The translations under genes and the position numbers were made by a program. A stretch of DNA of 64,000 bases from Octopus sinensis. Lineage: Eukaryota. Below, piece by piece: positions 51,454 through 64,000 of this stretch. Under the pieces are notes generated by a model. The model did no database searches. It saw only the letters and a program-made list of their open reading frames with translations, and was not told where the DNA came from. Every line of letters begins with the position of its first letter. The first letter of the stretch is position 1. The DNA is taken from contig NC_043007.1 of the NCBI RefSeq assembly GCF_006345805.1, positions 73,656,001 to 73,720,000 of the forward strand, written 5' to 3'.

Positions 51454-54400
51454 CATTGGTATTTATAATCTGTACATCGCTGTTTGTGCGTGTTTGTATA
51501 TATATTCTGTGTGAGTGTATGAATATATATGTGTATGTATGTGTGTTTATGTGACTGTGTGTGTATGTGTGTGTATATATATGAGTGTGTCTGTATGTGT
51601 CATTGATAAAAAAAATAAAAAATATAGAAAAAGACACTTTTGCTATCCTTCAAGAAAAAAAACGTCCCTGTCCAGGTTCTAGTATTTTAATTCTTTATTT
51701 ATCCTTGAACATTACCAGGAGCTCCATGTTACATTAGAAAATGAATAATTAAGGAGCTTCACTAAAGGTTTTACATATTTATCCTCCATCTAGAACAGGT
51801 CTTTTTTTTTTTGCCATGCATCAACAAATAGATATATGAAAACGTATTTATATACCAACACACACACACAGAAGAAGGCAATAATTCTAAATAAGATGAC
51901 CTGTCCAACCCATGCCAGCATGGGTTGGACAGGTCACCTTATTTAGAATTATTGCCATCTTCTGATGACGACAAAAGCTAAAAAATAATGCAAAGCACAT
52001 TGTGACTAGCAATGTATAACAACATCTGATAGTCTGGTCGATCACATGGTCATGTGATTTTATATATATATATATAATTATTATTATTTGAGGAAATATA
52101 AATCCAAACTTACAGGGAAAAAAATTCAATTTAGAAATACTAAATCAAATTTCACACAATATAATATATATATATAAAAAATTTTTTAAAAACCCACCCT
52201 TTATCAATTCAAAATGAACAATTAAATTTACTTAATTACAGATAAACAATGTAATTTTCTAGATGGTGTAATTTAATTGTTCATTTTGAATTGATAAAAG
52301 GTGGTTTTTTTCTAATTATTTATATATATATATATATATAAATCCTTCTTACAGTTTCTGCCTATCAAATTAACCATTCACAAGGCTACAAGGCATTGCT
52401 CAGCCTTGGGGCTATAACAGAAGACATTTATCCAAGGTGCTATGCAATGAGACTGACTTTGAACATATGTGATTATAAAGTGAAACTGTTAACCTCACAG
52501 CCATGCCTGTACCTATATAATATACATATGTATGCGTACACACAAAAGTAAAAAATACACCTCAGTTTACATGCAGCACTTGTTTATCTGTAACTACATC
52601 TTGTTTCTTGGAATATTCAGCTAAAACATAGAAAAATAACGGTTTTCTGTCTCTCACTACACACTATTACTCCCTCAATTACAGCATGCCATCCAAGCCT
52701 TGGCCCCACTCTTAGTTTCTCTCATCTTATTTGTTTTACATTTAGTTTTTCTAATAATATTTCAAGTATCATGGGGAGGGGAATATGAAGGAGCAATGTG
52801 CCTGGGGAGAGAAAATGATATTTTTATTATGAAATTTATTTAAGATATCACCAAATTTATAGATATCGAAGTACATCATGAAATGCATAAAAGATGTATG
52901 ATATTTTTAGGCCCAGACTAATTCATATCAAGGACAAACCAAGCACAAATTAATCTCACCCAGTGTGACTTCATTTCAACCAAGGACATGTTGATATATT
53001 TTAAGGTGGATATATTCATGAAACGTCAATTGAATATAATATGGGATTATAAGAGTAATTTCCATTCCAGTGATATATTAATTTCTAAAACGGTTTTTTT
53101 CTTTTTCTTCAAAACCTTCTCAATGTTTTTGTGTCTATGTTTCTAAAGTCATTCTGAAGTTGTTTGTCCCAACAGTTGACAGAATTTAAAAATAATTTGT
53201 TTTATTTACATATAAACTGTGTGAAAAGTCTGGCTGCATCCGTAAAAATATAAACAAAAATAGACACAAAGTTTATTACACGAATCTGTTACCACCACGG
53301 CAGTCAACTATTTGACGCCGAACACGAGTTTGATGTTGAATACATCCACAAATTTTCCAGTCAGATAGCTCTTCCCAAGACTGCAAGACGGCTTTGTGCA
53401 ATTCATGCCTCGTTGTAGGGTTTTTCAGTTCAACTTTATCGGCCAAAACTTTGAAAATGCCTTCATCTAATGGATTCCACGTGTAAACATGTGTTGAATA
53501 GAACTCACTGAATAAATCTTAATTAACTGTGTTGTCAATTGTATGCACCTGACATATGCTAACGTGTATGCAGCCAGACTTTTCACACAGAAGATATATT
53601 TCTACATTACAAATAATTGTTTTAAACAAGCGTCAGAATATAAGATAACAATATAAGACTAATTGATTACATATGTTATAAACTAAACAATGAAAATATG
53701 GGATTATAATGTCAATTCAGTTTTACTGCATATTTATAACAAAGTGTTAACAATGAAATGTGAGCTTGATTCCCATCTGGGACTCACTTATAACCATAAT
53801 ATTTGTAATGATATTCTAGAAAACATGGAACAAATTGGTGATAATATTCTGTTGACTTCTTTTTTTTTTTTTACTTCCTCCTCAATTTATTTTTGAGTAA
53901 AAATGTTGTTGTGACTAGTCTCCAAAGAAACACCTAATTTTAGATGTAAAATGTCAAATGTTGGGATTACATTTTCTCAATTTTTTTTTTACTCTTAAAA
54001 AACTTAAATGCCCAGGAAAATCAATATTTTATCCTATATCTTGTTCCATTGATCATCAAGTAATCCAAATGCCAGCCTTATTTTTTAAATTATTACCTTT
54101 ATGAGATAGCTAGTCTTACATAATTTAAAAAAAACTGTATTTAATAGATATTTCTTTATTAGAAAAAACTGGCTTTAGTAGTTAAAACATAGGAATAAAA
54201 ATGGTTTTGAGGAATTCTTTTTGTCATAATAGTTTAATCAAGTTAATGTTTTTGTTTTAATGTGACCATGTCAAGTGTAAAAAAGGTGCTTTAACAATTA
54301 TTATTTTGAATGAAATAATTGTGCACCCTGTAAAATATTTGTGTGTTTGTATATATACATATATGTCTATGTGAAAACCATAAATAAAATCTATGGGATG

Positions 54401-56630
54401 TTTAAATATGTGATTCATATATCTAGTCTGCAATAATACTTTTTTATAATGTATTTCTTAAAATTTCTAAACTAAAAAAGGAAAGCTGTCTTCTAACTTC
54501 ATGTACAGATTGTCCGATAAGGATATCAGATTACAAAAAATCTGGACAATTTACGATAGCCTACTTTTAAAATATGTTTAAGATAAAATGAACTTTTATT
54601 TTAAATTTGATACTATAGTAATCAAAGATCATTCACTCAGATTTTTATATTAAAAATATTTCAAAAAGAAATGAATAATTCCTGTTAAGTTTTTCTTGTA
54701 TATTTTGTTTAATAAGAGATTTCATTTATAAATTTTTAAACTAATGGCTTTTTTCCCCCCTTGAATTTAATATCTTATCATTTCTCATGTTTTAATGTTT
54801 AATTTTATTTTTTCATATTCACGAAATATTTTACCATTTCATTTTTCTCCCTACAAAAAAATACTATAGATACTTTCTTTTAGACGTTTTGCAACTGATT
54901 CTAAGATTAGTCCAGTAACCCCAGTTCCAGATAATAGATTCCTTAGAATTTTATCCTTTGTCACTGTTTCGCTCCAACTTGAAAAATAAACTTTCTATTC
55001 TTGATGGAATTCAATATCATCTACATTTCTACGTCAATTTCTACATCACATTTATTTTTCTATTGAGGCTCAAATATGATGATAGCAGACGATCTATTTA
55101 TATACTTTTAATAATAACAATAACAACAATAATAATAATACAATCATTGTAAACTGCTGTAAAACTTTGGTTTATTTTTCTAATCCTATACATTTCAAAA
55201 ATAGTACACTGAAACTGTGGAATAATCTAGTTCCCTACTTTCTTTTTTCATTTTGCTTTCCTTCTGTATCCTGTGTATATTTATACCTGATTTAAATATG
55301 CAAATGTATTCTGTGACCTCAATTAGTTTAATTAATGATTCCAAAATCTATCCCTCCACCCATCCCATATCTCATTGACATATTTCCTTCAGTCATTCAG
55401 CAGTTTTTTTCTTCTTTTTTTTTTTTGTTTCAATGGTTTTAATGAAACCCTGGAATATTTCTTGTGATAATTTATTTCAGTCGATATTTAACAAAGTATT
55501 GGTGCTAGTTTATTTTTTAAAACATTGAAGCATTGTCTGTAAAAATGTCTTCTGCCAAAGAATCTTTGGAGTTCTTGGTTTTACTATTTCATTGTGGAAT
55601 AAAACGATTTTCCTTTGAATTGTTGTTTTCATAAAATGTCTACTAATTATAACAGAACTCTGCAAGTTAGGTTGTTGTTGTGGGTTTTGTTCGTAGTTGT
55701 TTAGTCATTGCAAAGGCAAGACAGAGAATGTTTGGAATATCTTTGGAAAGAAACCCTATGACATTTAAAAAAAAAAAATATCAAAGACTCTGCCACTTTT
55801 GAAGCTGATGCTCATATTTTGATATTCTGAGTAAAATGCTGCAAATTATGTCAAAGAAGGCTCATTGCTCATCGGCAACTTTTTAAGTTATAGCGGTTCT
55901 TGTTTGCTCTGTATACATCAACAAATTGTCAAGTCATTAAGAAACTTTTACAGTTTTGCAATATTGATTTCTCTGAAAGAAAGCATTGTTGGAAAATAAT
56001 TACTAATTCCACCTAAATGTTCATTAATAAAGAAATATAAATTTGAAAATCTATATTTTCAAAGGATTGAAAATGAATCAATTACTTCATGAATACTTTT
56101 AGTTCTATTTTATATATTTTCACACTGAGCTAATTTCCTTCTGCTTTTTGTACTTGGGGAAAATTTAATCCTTGATTATCTGGATTGTTGTATTATTATG
56201 ACATTAAATGAAAGTGTATTTGCTTTCATGCCAACATAAGTCTTTCAATATTTATCATTTTTCCAACATTGATAAATCAGTTGCAAAATACTTTCTTCTA
56301 AAATTAATTAGAAAAATGTGAAATTTATTGTTTTAATTTTTTTTTATTTTGCAAACAGTAAAAATTGCTTAATAAATTGGAAATGCTTTTCTTTTCACTC
56401 TATCTCTTTGTTGCCTTACTTTTCTAAAACAAGGATTGCCAAACTGGAATGATATTACGTTTACTTCCATTTATGCCCTTGAAGCAGTATTAAATTAAAG
56501 TTGTTGAAAAGCAAATTTATTGTGACCACTTCTGTTGCATATAATGAATTGTTGTTCAGCCAGGCAGCTATTTACAATGATAGTGGATACTATTCACTGT
56601 TTTTCTATGTATCAAAGGTGACAAATCTCA
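51454..56630 (+). other. Putative long 3' UTR of LNX
   Basis: Follows the stop codon; AT-rich and largely repeat-free from about 53600 to 56630; several AATAAA (near 51614, 54383, 56026, 56371); true end unknown. Confidence 0.4.
53217..53590. mobile_element. MITE with 23-bp perfect TIRs in the putative LNX 3' UTR
   Basis: CTGTGTGAAAAGTCTGGCTGCAT / ATGCAGCCAGACTTTTCACACAG; AA on both flanks. Confidence 0.85.
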
Positions 56631-56671
56631 TCTAAGCATGTGACAGTTGTGTGCATACCATTAACAAGGTT

Positions 56672-57002
56672 TTGGGATTTGGTTTGCAAGATTCTTTATA
56701 GGAGTTCATGTATTGAAGCATATTCTGTTGTGTCTGGGGAGAGTCATTTTCTTTTTGTGCCTTATAATATAACATACCCACCAGTAAAATTTCCACTTTT
56801 TTTCCTTATTTTTATTTTCCTAAAATTTTCATTGCATCTTGCAACCTTTTCAGTAGTTTTGACTCAAAACTATTGAAAAGGTTGCAAGATGCAACGAAAA
56901 TTTTAGGAAAATAAAAATAAGGAAAAAAAGTGGAAATTTTACCGGTGAGTGTGTTATATTATAAGGCACAAAAAGAAAATGACTCTCCCCAGATACAGCA
57001 GA
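56672..57002. mobile_element. Palindromic PLE-type short element with 12-bp TSD
   Basis: 137-bp arms 56724-56860 and 56866-57002 around a GACTC loop; TSD ATTAACAAGGTT at 56660-56671 and 57003-57014. Confidence 0.85.
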
Positions 57003-57139
57003 ATTAACAAGGTTATTTTGGGAAAAATACATGTGGTGTTTTTGATAGCTGCTTCTGAGAGGATTTTCATGTACCTGCAATATATACAGGGTGCAGTGGA
57101 TATATTGTCATCTAAATTACACAAAAATGAAAATAACAC

Positions 57140-57345
57140 TGACATCTCATTTTAACAGATATATTTACCAAAAGTACTTAAAAATATCTTGAAATACTAA
57201 AGAGTAAATTCATTCAACAAAATTGCCATTGGCTTCAACCACTTTGGAATCTCCTGCAACTCTCTGGATGGTCTCCTTGTTTAAGTTGGTGAATGTTGCC
57301 ATAATCCTTGTCATCAGTTAATCTTTGGTGTTACAAGGAGATTTT
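57140..57345 (-). mobile_element. Tc1/mariner-type transposase C-terminal remnant
   Basis: Minus strand PCNTKD.LMTRIMATFTNLNKETI....VVEANGNFVE*. Confidence 0.55.
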
Positions 57346-57634
57346 TACGTTTGGCATACTTGGATACAAATCGTCATAATAAAATGAGTGCTGGCTATAA
57401 TTTCTATAGAAAATCTGTACAAGTGATAACCTGAACAAGTGATGTTCTATTTTACTTCACATGATATTCTCAAAATTATTTTACCTCACAGCATGCATTA
57501 CAAGCTGATGTGTTTCTTCTTGATTTAGGCCATCCGTCTGTTTTGGGACACCTCCTCCATAAGATCCTATCAGAAGCAACCATCATTAGATTTTCCTGTT
57601 GGATTCTCAAGCATAACCAACTGAGGCTATACTT

Positions 57635-58045
57635 GTTACTCTCTCTCTTTTATTCTTTTACTTGTTTCAGTCATTTGACTGTGGCCATGCTGGAGCACCG
57701 CCTTTAGTCAAGCAAATCGACCGCAGGACTTATTCTTTGTAAGCCTAGTACTTATTCTATCGGTCTCTTTTGCCGAACCGCTAAGTTACGGGGATGTAAA
57801 CACACCAGCATCGGTTGTCAAGCGATGTTGGGGGGGACAAACAGACACACAAACACATACATACATATATATACATATATACGATGGGCGTCTTTCAGTT
57901 TGTTTCTACCAAATCCACTCACAAGGCTTTTGTCAGCCCAAGGCTATAGTAGAAGACACTTGCCCAAGGTGCCACGCAGTGGGACTGAACCCGGAGCCAT
58001 GTGGTTGGTAAACAAGCTACTTACCACACAGCCACTCCTATGCCT
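57635..58045 (-). mobile_element. SINE family A, young copy
   Basis: Colinear with 1987-2394. Confidence 0.9.
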
Positions 58046-58429
58046 ATGCATATTATCCAACAATCTTGTTCTTAGTCTACCCCAAGGTATCCTGCCAGTT
58101 GGCTCAACTTGAAGAATCTATCTTTCTAATCACATGTCTGTAGTACCAGTGCTATGACCTCTCAATACAGAGAAGTAGCAGCTCGATCTGGAGAGAAACC
58201 CTGGTCTGTGGAACATACACCATGTCATAATTAGGAAAATGGTGTCACACGACATCGGTTTCATAAAGTGATGCCATTGCTGAAACTGCTGGAATTGGTT
58301 TTATTTGGTGCCACTGACTTTATCTTTCTTGTTCTGAATTAGCTGTTGCTCTGCCATTGCTTTGTCCACTCACATTCAATGGACAGGTGGCTATGTTTGT
58401 GGCTCAGTGGGAGGAGTGGTTTGTTATAA

Positions 58430-59010
58430 AATAATAATGAAATTATTGTATACAGTGCTCAGGTGCACCACAACTTGACAAAAGTGCATATAAAGCATAT
58501 GCAGTAATGTACAAATGTCTGGAAAGTGAACAGTGTACGAGTCAGATACATGCTTGTGTGTGTATGGAAGGGAGAAAATCAGGTGTATTGTTGGCGAATC
58601 TCAGAAAGCATGGAAGTTTTGAAGGATGCAGTGCTCCGATAACTAACAACTGATGCCGGCAGTTTGTTCCATGCTTCAGCAACCCTTAGTGTGAAAAAAT
58701 GTTTCCGAAAGTCATGGGAGCTGTGCTGTTTTCTGACTTTGTAAATATGTCCACGGGTGTTAGACAGATTGATTTTGATTGTTTTAAGATGGTTAATAAT
58801 TTTATGGGTGTCTGCCAAGTCAGCTGCCAGACGTCGGAGTTTCAATGTGTAAATGCCCAGGGAAGTAAGGCGTTCAGAATATGGCAAATGCCTGATGGAG
58901 GGTATTCTTTTGGTTGCACGTCGGTGAACGGCTTCCAGACGATTAATAATGCCATCAACATAGAATGTCGTTGTTGTTATGAGAAGTTGAAGGGAGATCA
59001 TGTATCGAAG
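58430..59010 (-). mobile_element. CR1-clade LINE 3' fragment
   Basis: ORF 58579-59001: LEAVHRRATKRIP...YSERL..LG..TL..RR...DL...TRGH..K...FFTLRV...WNKLP..VV. Confidence 0.88.
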
Positions 59011-59505
59011 TAGAACAAATTTGTAGGTTATATATATTTTCAGTTTACTATGGTTATTCGCCCAGACATAACAAACCTGCGTCAGTTGTTTTGAAATTTG
59101 ACTCCAAATAAACAGACTAAAAGTGGCAGCTTGCCTAGCAGATCCACCATCGCTATTTTTACCACCAATCTAAAGTGCAACCGTCACTCAAAAACATAAA
59201 CAAAGATGATGAAAAATACGAGATATTGCCTCCAGCATCTATACAGATGTCGCAATAAAACGTTGCTGATCAATACAAAGAACTGCTACATCTACATAAG
59301 CAATATATTAGACATATTGATTATGCTAGTCTTTCTGGGCCCTTATTTTATTTTCTACTAATTGACAGAGAACTCTTTTCCCACATCATGTTTTATAGCA
59401 AAACAAAGATTACTCGAAATGTAAGACACCACTAGATATGTTGTATTAAACGCCATCTTTTACAGTCTTGCTCAGGTACCTTTATAAAAACTCAAGAATA
59501 TTATC

Positions 59506-59918
59506 GGATCTTTTCCGTTTGAACGGCAGTTTTTTCTAGCGGTGTCATATGAAATTGTCACCCATAATTATGACCCTAGTATCGATCTATTGCATTTCAA
59601 TCTGTTTTAGGGTTAGGGGTGGGAGGAAGGGTATCTTTTTTTTCTTCACAAATGTAAATAAACCATATCTGTTTCTTAAACGAGGGACATATTCATACGG
59701 CACAGAATGTTTTTTTTTACCTCAATAGACGTCAGTTATTGGTTGAAATTGCAGAAATTGAAGAAAAAAGCAACAAATTTCTTACAAACTATAGAATTTT
59801 CTCAATAAGCCAAGAGAAAAAGATGTTTTATAAACACATTCTACAAGTATACGAAGTTTAAAATTTTTTAGTTACCTAGAAATTATGTTAAAAACTGCCG
59901 TTCAAACCGAAAAGATCC
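59506..59918. mobile_element. MITE with ~29-bp TIRs and 8-bp TSD
   Basis: GGATCTTTTCCGTTTGAACGGCAGTTTTT / AAAAACTGCCGTTCAAACCGAAAAGATCC; TSD ATATTATC/TTATTATC; internal TTAGGGTTAGGG. Confidence 0.85.
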
Positions 59919-60229
59919 TTATTATCATTCTCATTTCAAATAAAGAAACAAACACATAATCGCAAAAATAGTTATAGAATCAAGGAAAGTGTGAAGATTT
60001 CTTGGCAATAACCGAGAGTTTGTTGATATGCTGAACAAAAATTCAAACTGTTAAGTACGTAATTACCGGTCCGGGATAAATAGAGCATGAAACGCATCTC
60101 CTTTCATACGTCTGTTACAAGACATTGTTTTCTAATTAAAATGAAATCATCATCACCGCTGCCACCACCACCACTACCATTATCATCATCATCATCTTCT
60201 TGGTAGTGATTTTAGTAGTAGTAGAATAA

Positions 60230-60522
60230 AACGGACCTTCCAATCAGCCTTCAATTTTTTTTTTATTATTTCACGCAATTAAAATCAAGACACAAGAACA
60301 CAACCAAATAACCGTCAGTTTCCTCACCAATCATTGAGAAACTAACTATTCTTTCTGCATCCACTATATATTTAAAAATTTACTATTGTTATTTATTCGG
60401 AAGTTTAATAGACACCATGATATAAATATATCTAAAATTTCTCGGCGTCTTCATGTTATTTTGTGATTTTGATCTTCTCAGCAGTTTAAAGCGATCGTCT
60501 GCTAACATAATTCAGGGTAAGT
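60230..60522 (+). promoter_or_regulatory. Candidate promoter and first exon of a downstream gene
   Basis: CCAATC boxes near 60241 and 60327, CpG-retaining unique DNA, strong donor CAGG|GTAAGT at 60517. Confidence 0.25.
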
Positions 60523-61506
60523 AACTCTACATTCGGAATGTCAAATATTTAAGGAAAGTTTTTTCCAAACTTGTTCATTATTACGTTAGGAAACTTAATT
60601 CATCAGAATAATTTTCAGGTTGAGAGATATGTTTCAGTTGAAACAGATATTTCTCTAATTTCTAAAAAATGTCATACCGATATAAATTAGTTTCATCATT
60701 GTCATTCAAAAAAAAAAAAAAATCATCGGAGTTTTCCATGCAAATATTTATTGTGAACGAACTTTCTATCTAATGACTAAATTTAATTAAATATTAAAAA
60801 AACAACAAAGTGTAACTAAATGACCAGTTGGTCGGATATAATAAACAAAAAGTAAGAGCAAAATATTATCAAAGTTTGACGGACCAGATGTAGCGGGGTC
60901 AGTTGAAATGGCCGTATTGATGGCTTTATCGTGCTTTTATTTTAACTTCAATTGGGAAGCTAGTTTCTACTAAAACTCGATGCAGTCGGTAATTTTATAA
61001 CTGAAGAAATCATCAACATATTTTATGAACAAGCAGTCACAAAGGCAAGGTTTCCTGCGATCTTGCTGACATTCTGTATAATTATCAAATAAAGTTTCTA
61101 AAAAGCTGTGGATTTGGCAGCTTCATAGTTTGATTTTGAAAATGGATTATATCAGTTTACGCAAAACTCTAATATATTCATACAAAACTGTTACCATCAT
61201 CCCGCTTTCTAAATGAGACGAAAATACCCAACATAAAAGTCACGCTTCTTCTGGACATGCAACACTAAATTCCAACTTACAAAGTCCTTGTTACTGCATA
61301 TACAGTCCTATCCAAACATCTTTTATAAAGCCCCATGATTCTAGTATAACAGAATCGCTATTCATTGCAGACAAACAAGCAAATGTCATTCGGATACAAA
61401 TCTAGTTGCAACATCAAGAAAGATAAAAGGAGCCCATTGATATACCAAACATAGATTCAAACTTCTAGATAAGTAAATATCGCGAGGTCGATATTTACTT
61501 ATCCAA

Positions 61507-62165
61507 AGGCGGCGAGCTGGTAGAAACGTTAGCACGCCGGGCAAAACTTAGTGGTATTTCGTCTGCTTCTACGTTCTGGGTTCAAATTCCGCCGAGGTCG
61601 ACTTTGCCTTTCATCCTTTCGGAGTCGATTAAATAAGTACCAGTTACGCATTGGGGTCGATATAATCGACTTAATCCGTTTGTCTGTCCTTGTTAGTCCC
61701 TTTTGCGTGTAGCCCCTTGTGGGCAGTAAAGAAATAAGAAACGTTAGCACGCCGGGCGAAATGCTTGGCAGTATTTCATCTGTCTTTACGTTCTGAGTTC
61801 AAATTTCGTCGAGGTCGATTTTGCCTTTCATTCTTTCGGAGCCGATAAATTAAGTACCTATTTCTTTACTGCCCACAAGGGGCTACACAGAGGGGACAAA
61901 CAGATTAAGTCGATTATATCGACCCCAGTGCGTAACTGGTAATTATTTAATCGACCCCGAAAGGATGAAAGGCAAAGTCGATCTCGGCGGAATTTGAACC
62001 CAGAACGTAACGGCAGACGAAATACCGCTAAGCATTTCGTCCGGCGTGCTAACGTTTCTGCCAGCTCGCCGCCTTTAATTAGTTAAGTACCAGTTGCATA
62101 CTGAGGTCGATATAATCGACTGGCCCCCTCTCCCAAAATTTTGGGCCTTGTGCCTAGAGTAGAAA
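61507..62165. mobile_element. Cluster of young SINE family B copies (tandem and nested inverted)
   Basis: Plus copies at 61507 and near 61738; minus copy near 61858-62076; CpGs intact. Confidence 0.88.
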
Positions 62166-62859
62166 ATGATATTTACGTTTTTACTTAGATGAAGGGGAAA
62201 CGAAACATCACTTTTTCTAAGTCTGCTATGAAACATCATTCTCAGTTTTGTTTCTTTTATTTATGTAGAAGAGGTTGCAATCCTGAGTTATTATATTTTA
62301 CGAGCTTAAGACAGTATCATGATGCTGCTTTTAGGACGGAAATTATCATTATAGATTTGATCCAGCAGCGGCCATAAAAGTATTAATTTTTCTGATGATG
62401 AAGGCCAGTCTGTAAAATTATCCAATGGAGTTCCTAAACAGCCATAGCTTTGGTGAAATATCCTTTTCCATGTTTTGATCTTGAAAATGGATTGTGCTGT
62501 GTAATGCTCTTGCAAAACTTAAATGCGGTCAGTGGACTTTGCAATGTAACATGATTCAAACAACTCATAATCGTTGCAGGATCAAAAGCGACATTGTATC
62601 AGAAAGTGAGGCATGATTGTGTGGTTAAGAAACTCGTTTTGCAACCACGTCGTCTCGGGTTCAATCCCACTGCGTGATATTTTGGGGAGAATGTGTCCCC
62701 CGTTACTCTGTATCCATCGCTTCCGATATAGGAAACGGTGAATAAAACAAGTACTGCAGTCAATTTAATTGACTAATCTCGTTCCCAAATTTCTGGTCTT
62801 GTTCTAATTTAACTAATTATTAGGGATGTTTAAGATTGTTGTCTCAACTGAATGCGGGT

Positions 62860-63270
62860 TACTCTGGATGTCAAAACGAGATGAAACTAATAATTAAATC
62901 AATCCTAGCTAGCTTTAATATATCCCTCGATTCTGAAACCAGTGGGATTGTCCTGAGACGATGGGAAAAGACCCTATGGATTCATGGTTTATTCTTGACA
63001 GCAACTCATTTGCTCCATCCGACATCCTTATTATTGGGGCTACTGCATTCGTAGCTGAACGGAATAAGACGCGGAAATACCATAATATATCGGCAAATTA
63101 CATTTTTCAATCTGTAGTTTTTGAAGAGTTCGTTAGAGAGCTTGGTCTCTGGCTATTGGCAGGGAGTTTTATTTTACTTCTTTGCTAAAATCTTGCGTCG
63201 CTGATGTGTGGGTGGCTGGCTGTTTCGCCATCTCTATGTCGCTGTGTCGCAATCATACGCGGTCATGCAT
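62860..63270 (+). mobile_element. CRE-like non-LTR retrotransposon remnant (restriction-like endonuclease region)
   Basis: NE.KLIIKSILAS.NI...E..G....DGKRP.G ... AP...GA.A..AE.NK.RKY...Y.F..V..E across a frameshift. Confidence 0.6.
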
Positions 63271-63326
63271 TGAGTGTTTTGGTGCAGTGTATAATTAAAG
63301 ATGTGTCTACGTCTCTTTATCTTATA

Positions 63327-63757
63327 CTAGCAGCATAGCCCGGCGTTGCCCGGGTATGTAAGAGCCCCTAGTAGGCAACGGCTAATCCCAATCTGGTCCT
63401 TTCCCTCTAAGGAACGAAGGCGCATGTGTAGGTTGCAATGTCTTCTCTTCACTCGAATACTTCTGTGTATACAATGTTCCTAGCTGTCCCTTTGGGCGAT
63501 AAAACGGTCGAGTTGTGTGTCCCAGACAGAAAATGTGTTGCATATAAAAAGCTTAGATTCTCGACCCCATGTCGAATTTATCGATTTTTTCAGAACTGGG
63601 GGAACTTTTCAAAATTTTCGCTGCGTCAGTTTTGAATTATGACATTGGGCTATGTGTGTGTCAAGTTTCATCAGAATCGGTTGAAAGCCGTGGTCAGGAT
63701 GAGGGTACAACCTGACAGACACACAGACAGACAAACTGCTGTTTATATAGAGAGAGA
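63327..63757 (-). mobile_element. Non-autonomous Helitron, intact ends
   Basis: Minus strand A|TCTCTCTCTATATAAAC ... hairpin CCCGGGCAACGCCGGG ... CTAG|T. Confidence 0.88.
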
Positions 63758-63805
63758 TATCTGTTTCTTAATTTCTATTTTCTTTACTCCTTTCCGTCTT
63801 CGGTG

Positions 63806-64000
63806 AAGGCGCGTATCCTAGTAAACCCAGGTGTTGCACTCACGATAGCAAGATTGTAGTTTTGTTTCTCAGATCGGGTAGAACGTTGTGTTCTTAAGCA
63901 AAACACTTCATTTCATTGTACTCAGTCCACTCAAGCTGTATATGGATGACACTGCGACGGACTAGCCCTCCAATAAGGAGAAATGTTGGCATGCTCGCTT
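63806..64000 (+). mobile_element. SINE family D, degenerate, runs off the window
   Basis: AGGCGCGT head, TTGTGTTCTTAAGCAAAACACTTCATTTC. Confidence 0.7.

Noticed and set aside
51960-52060. CTGATGA at 51962 as a hammerhead core
   Set aside because: No stem II or GAAA partner; part of a SINE tail remnant
59606-59620. Telomeric TTAGGG repeats
   Set aside because: Only two units, inside a MITE
62189-62377. 62-aa ORF after an acceptor-like ttacttag
   Set aside because: No recognisable homology; out of frame with the candidate 60453-60516 exon

Overview
AT-rich, repeat-dense animal DNA, most likely an octopus (inferred from the SINE families and microsatellite load, not from a database search). 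The main gene is a + strand LNX1/LNX2-like (Ligand of Numb X) gene. I could splice 13 coding exons in one continuous frame from 22196 to the stop at 51453 (1522 nt): two zinc-finger exons, four PDZ domains and the C-terminus WPGTFV. The RING exon is not visible in the window; a phase-compatible candidate alternative first exon ends at 1794. Introns hold several tRNA-derived SINE families, mariner/Tc1, Helitron, piggyBac/hAT MITEs, CR1/RTE/CRE LINE fragments and decayed Penelope-like elements (PLEs). The most unusual signal is about ten minimal hammerhead-ribozyme-like motifs in short PLE-type elements built as a long arm plus an inverted arm. These include a tRNA-headed SINE with a hammerhead tail (37674-38050 and 48192-48693, the latter with a 12-bp TSD) and variants with a compensatory U3:A8 core. 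Nearly all ORFs in the supplied track are spurious repeat translations. Repeat boundaries were read by eye and are approximate.
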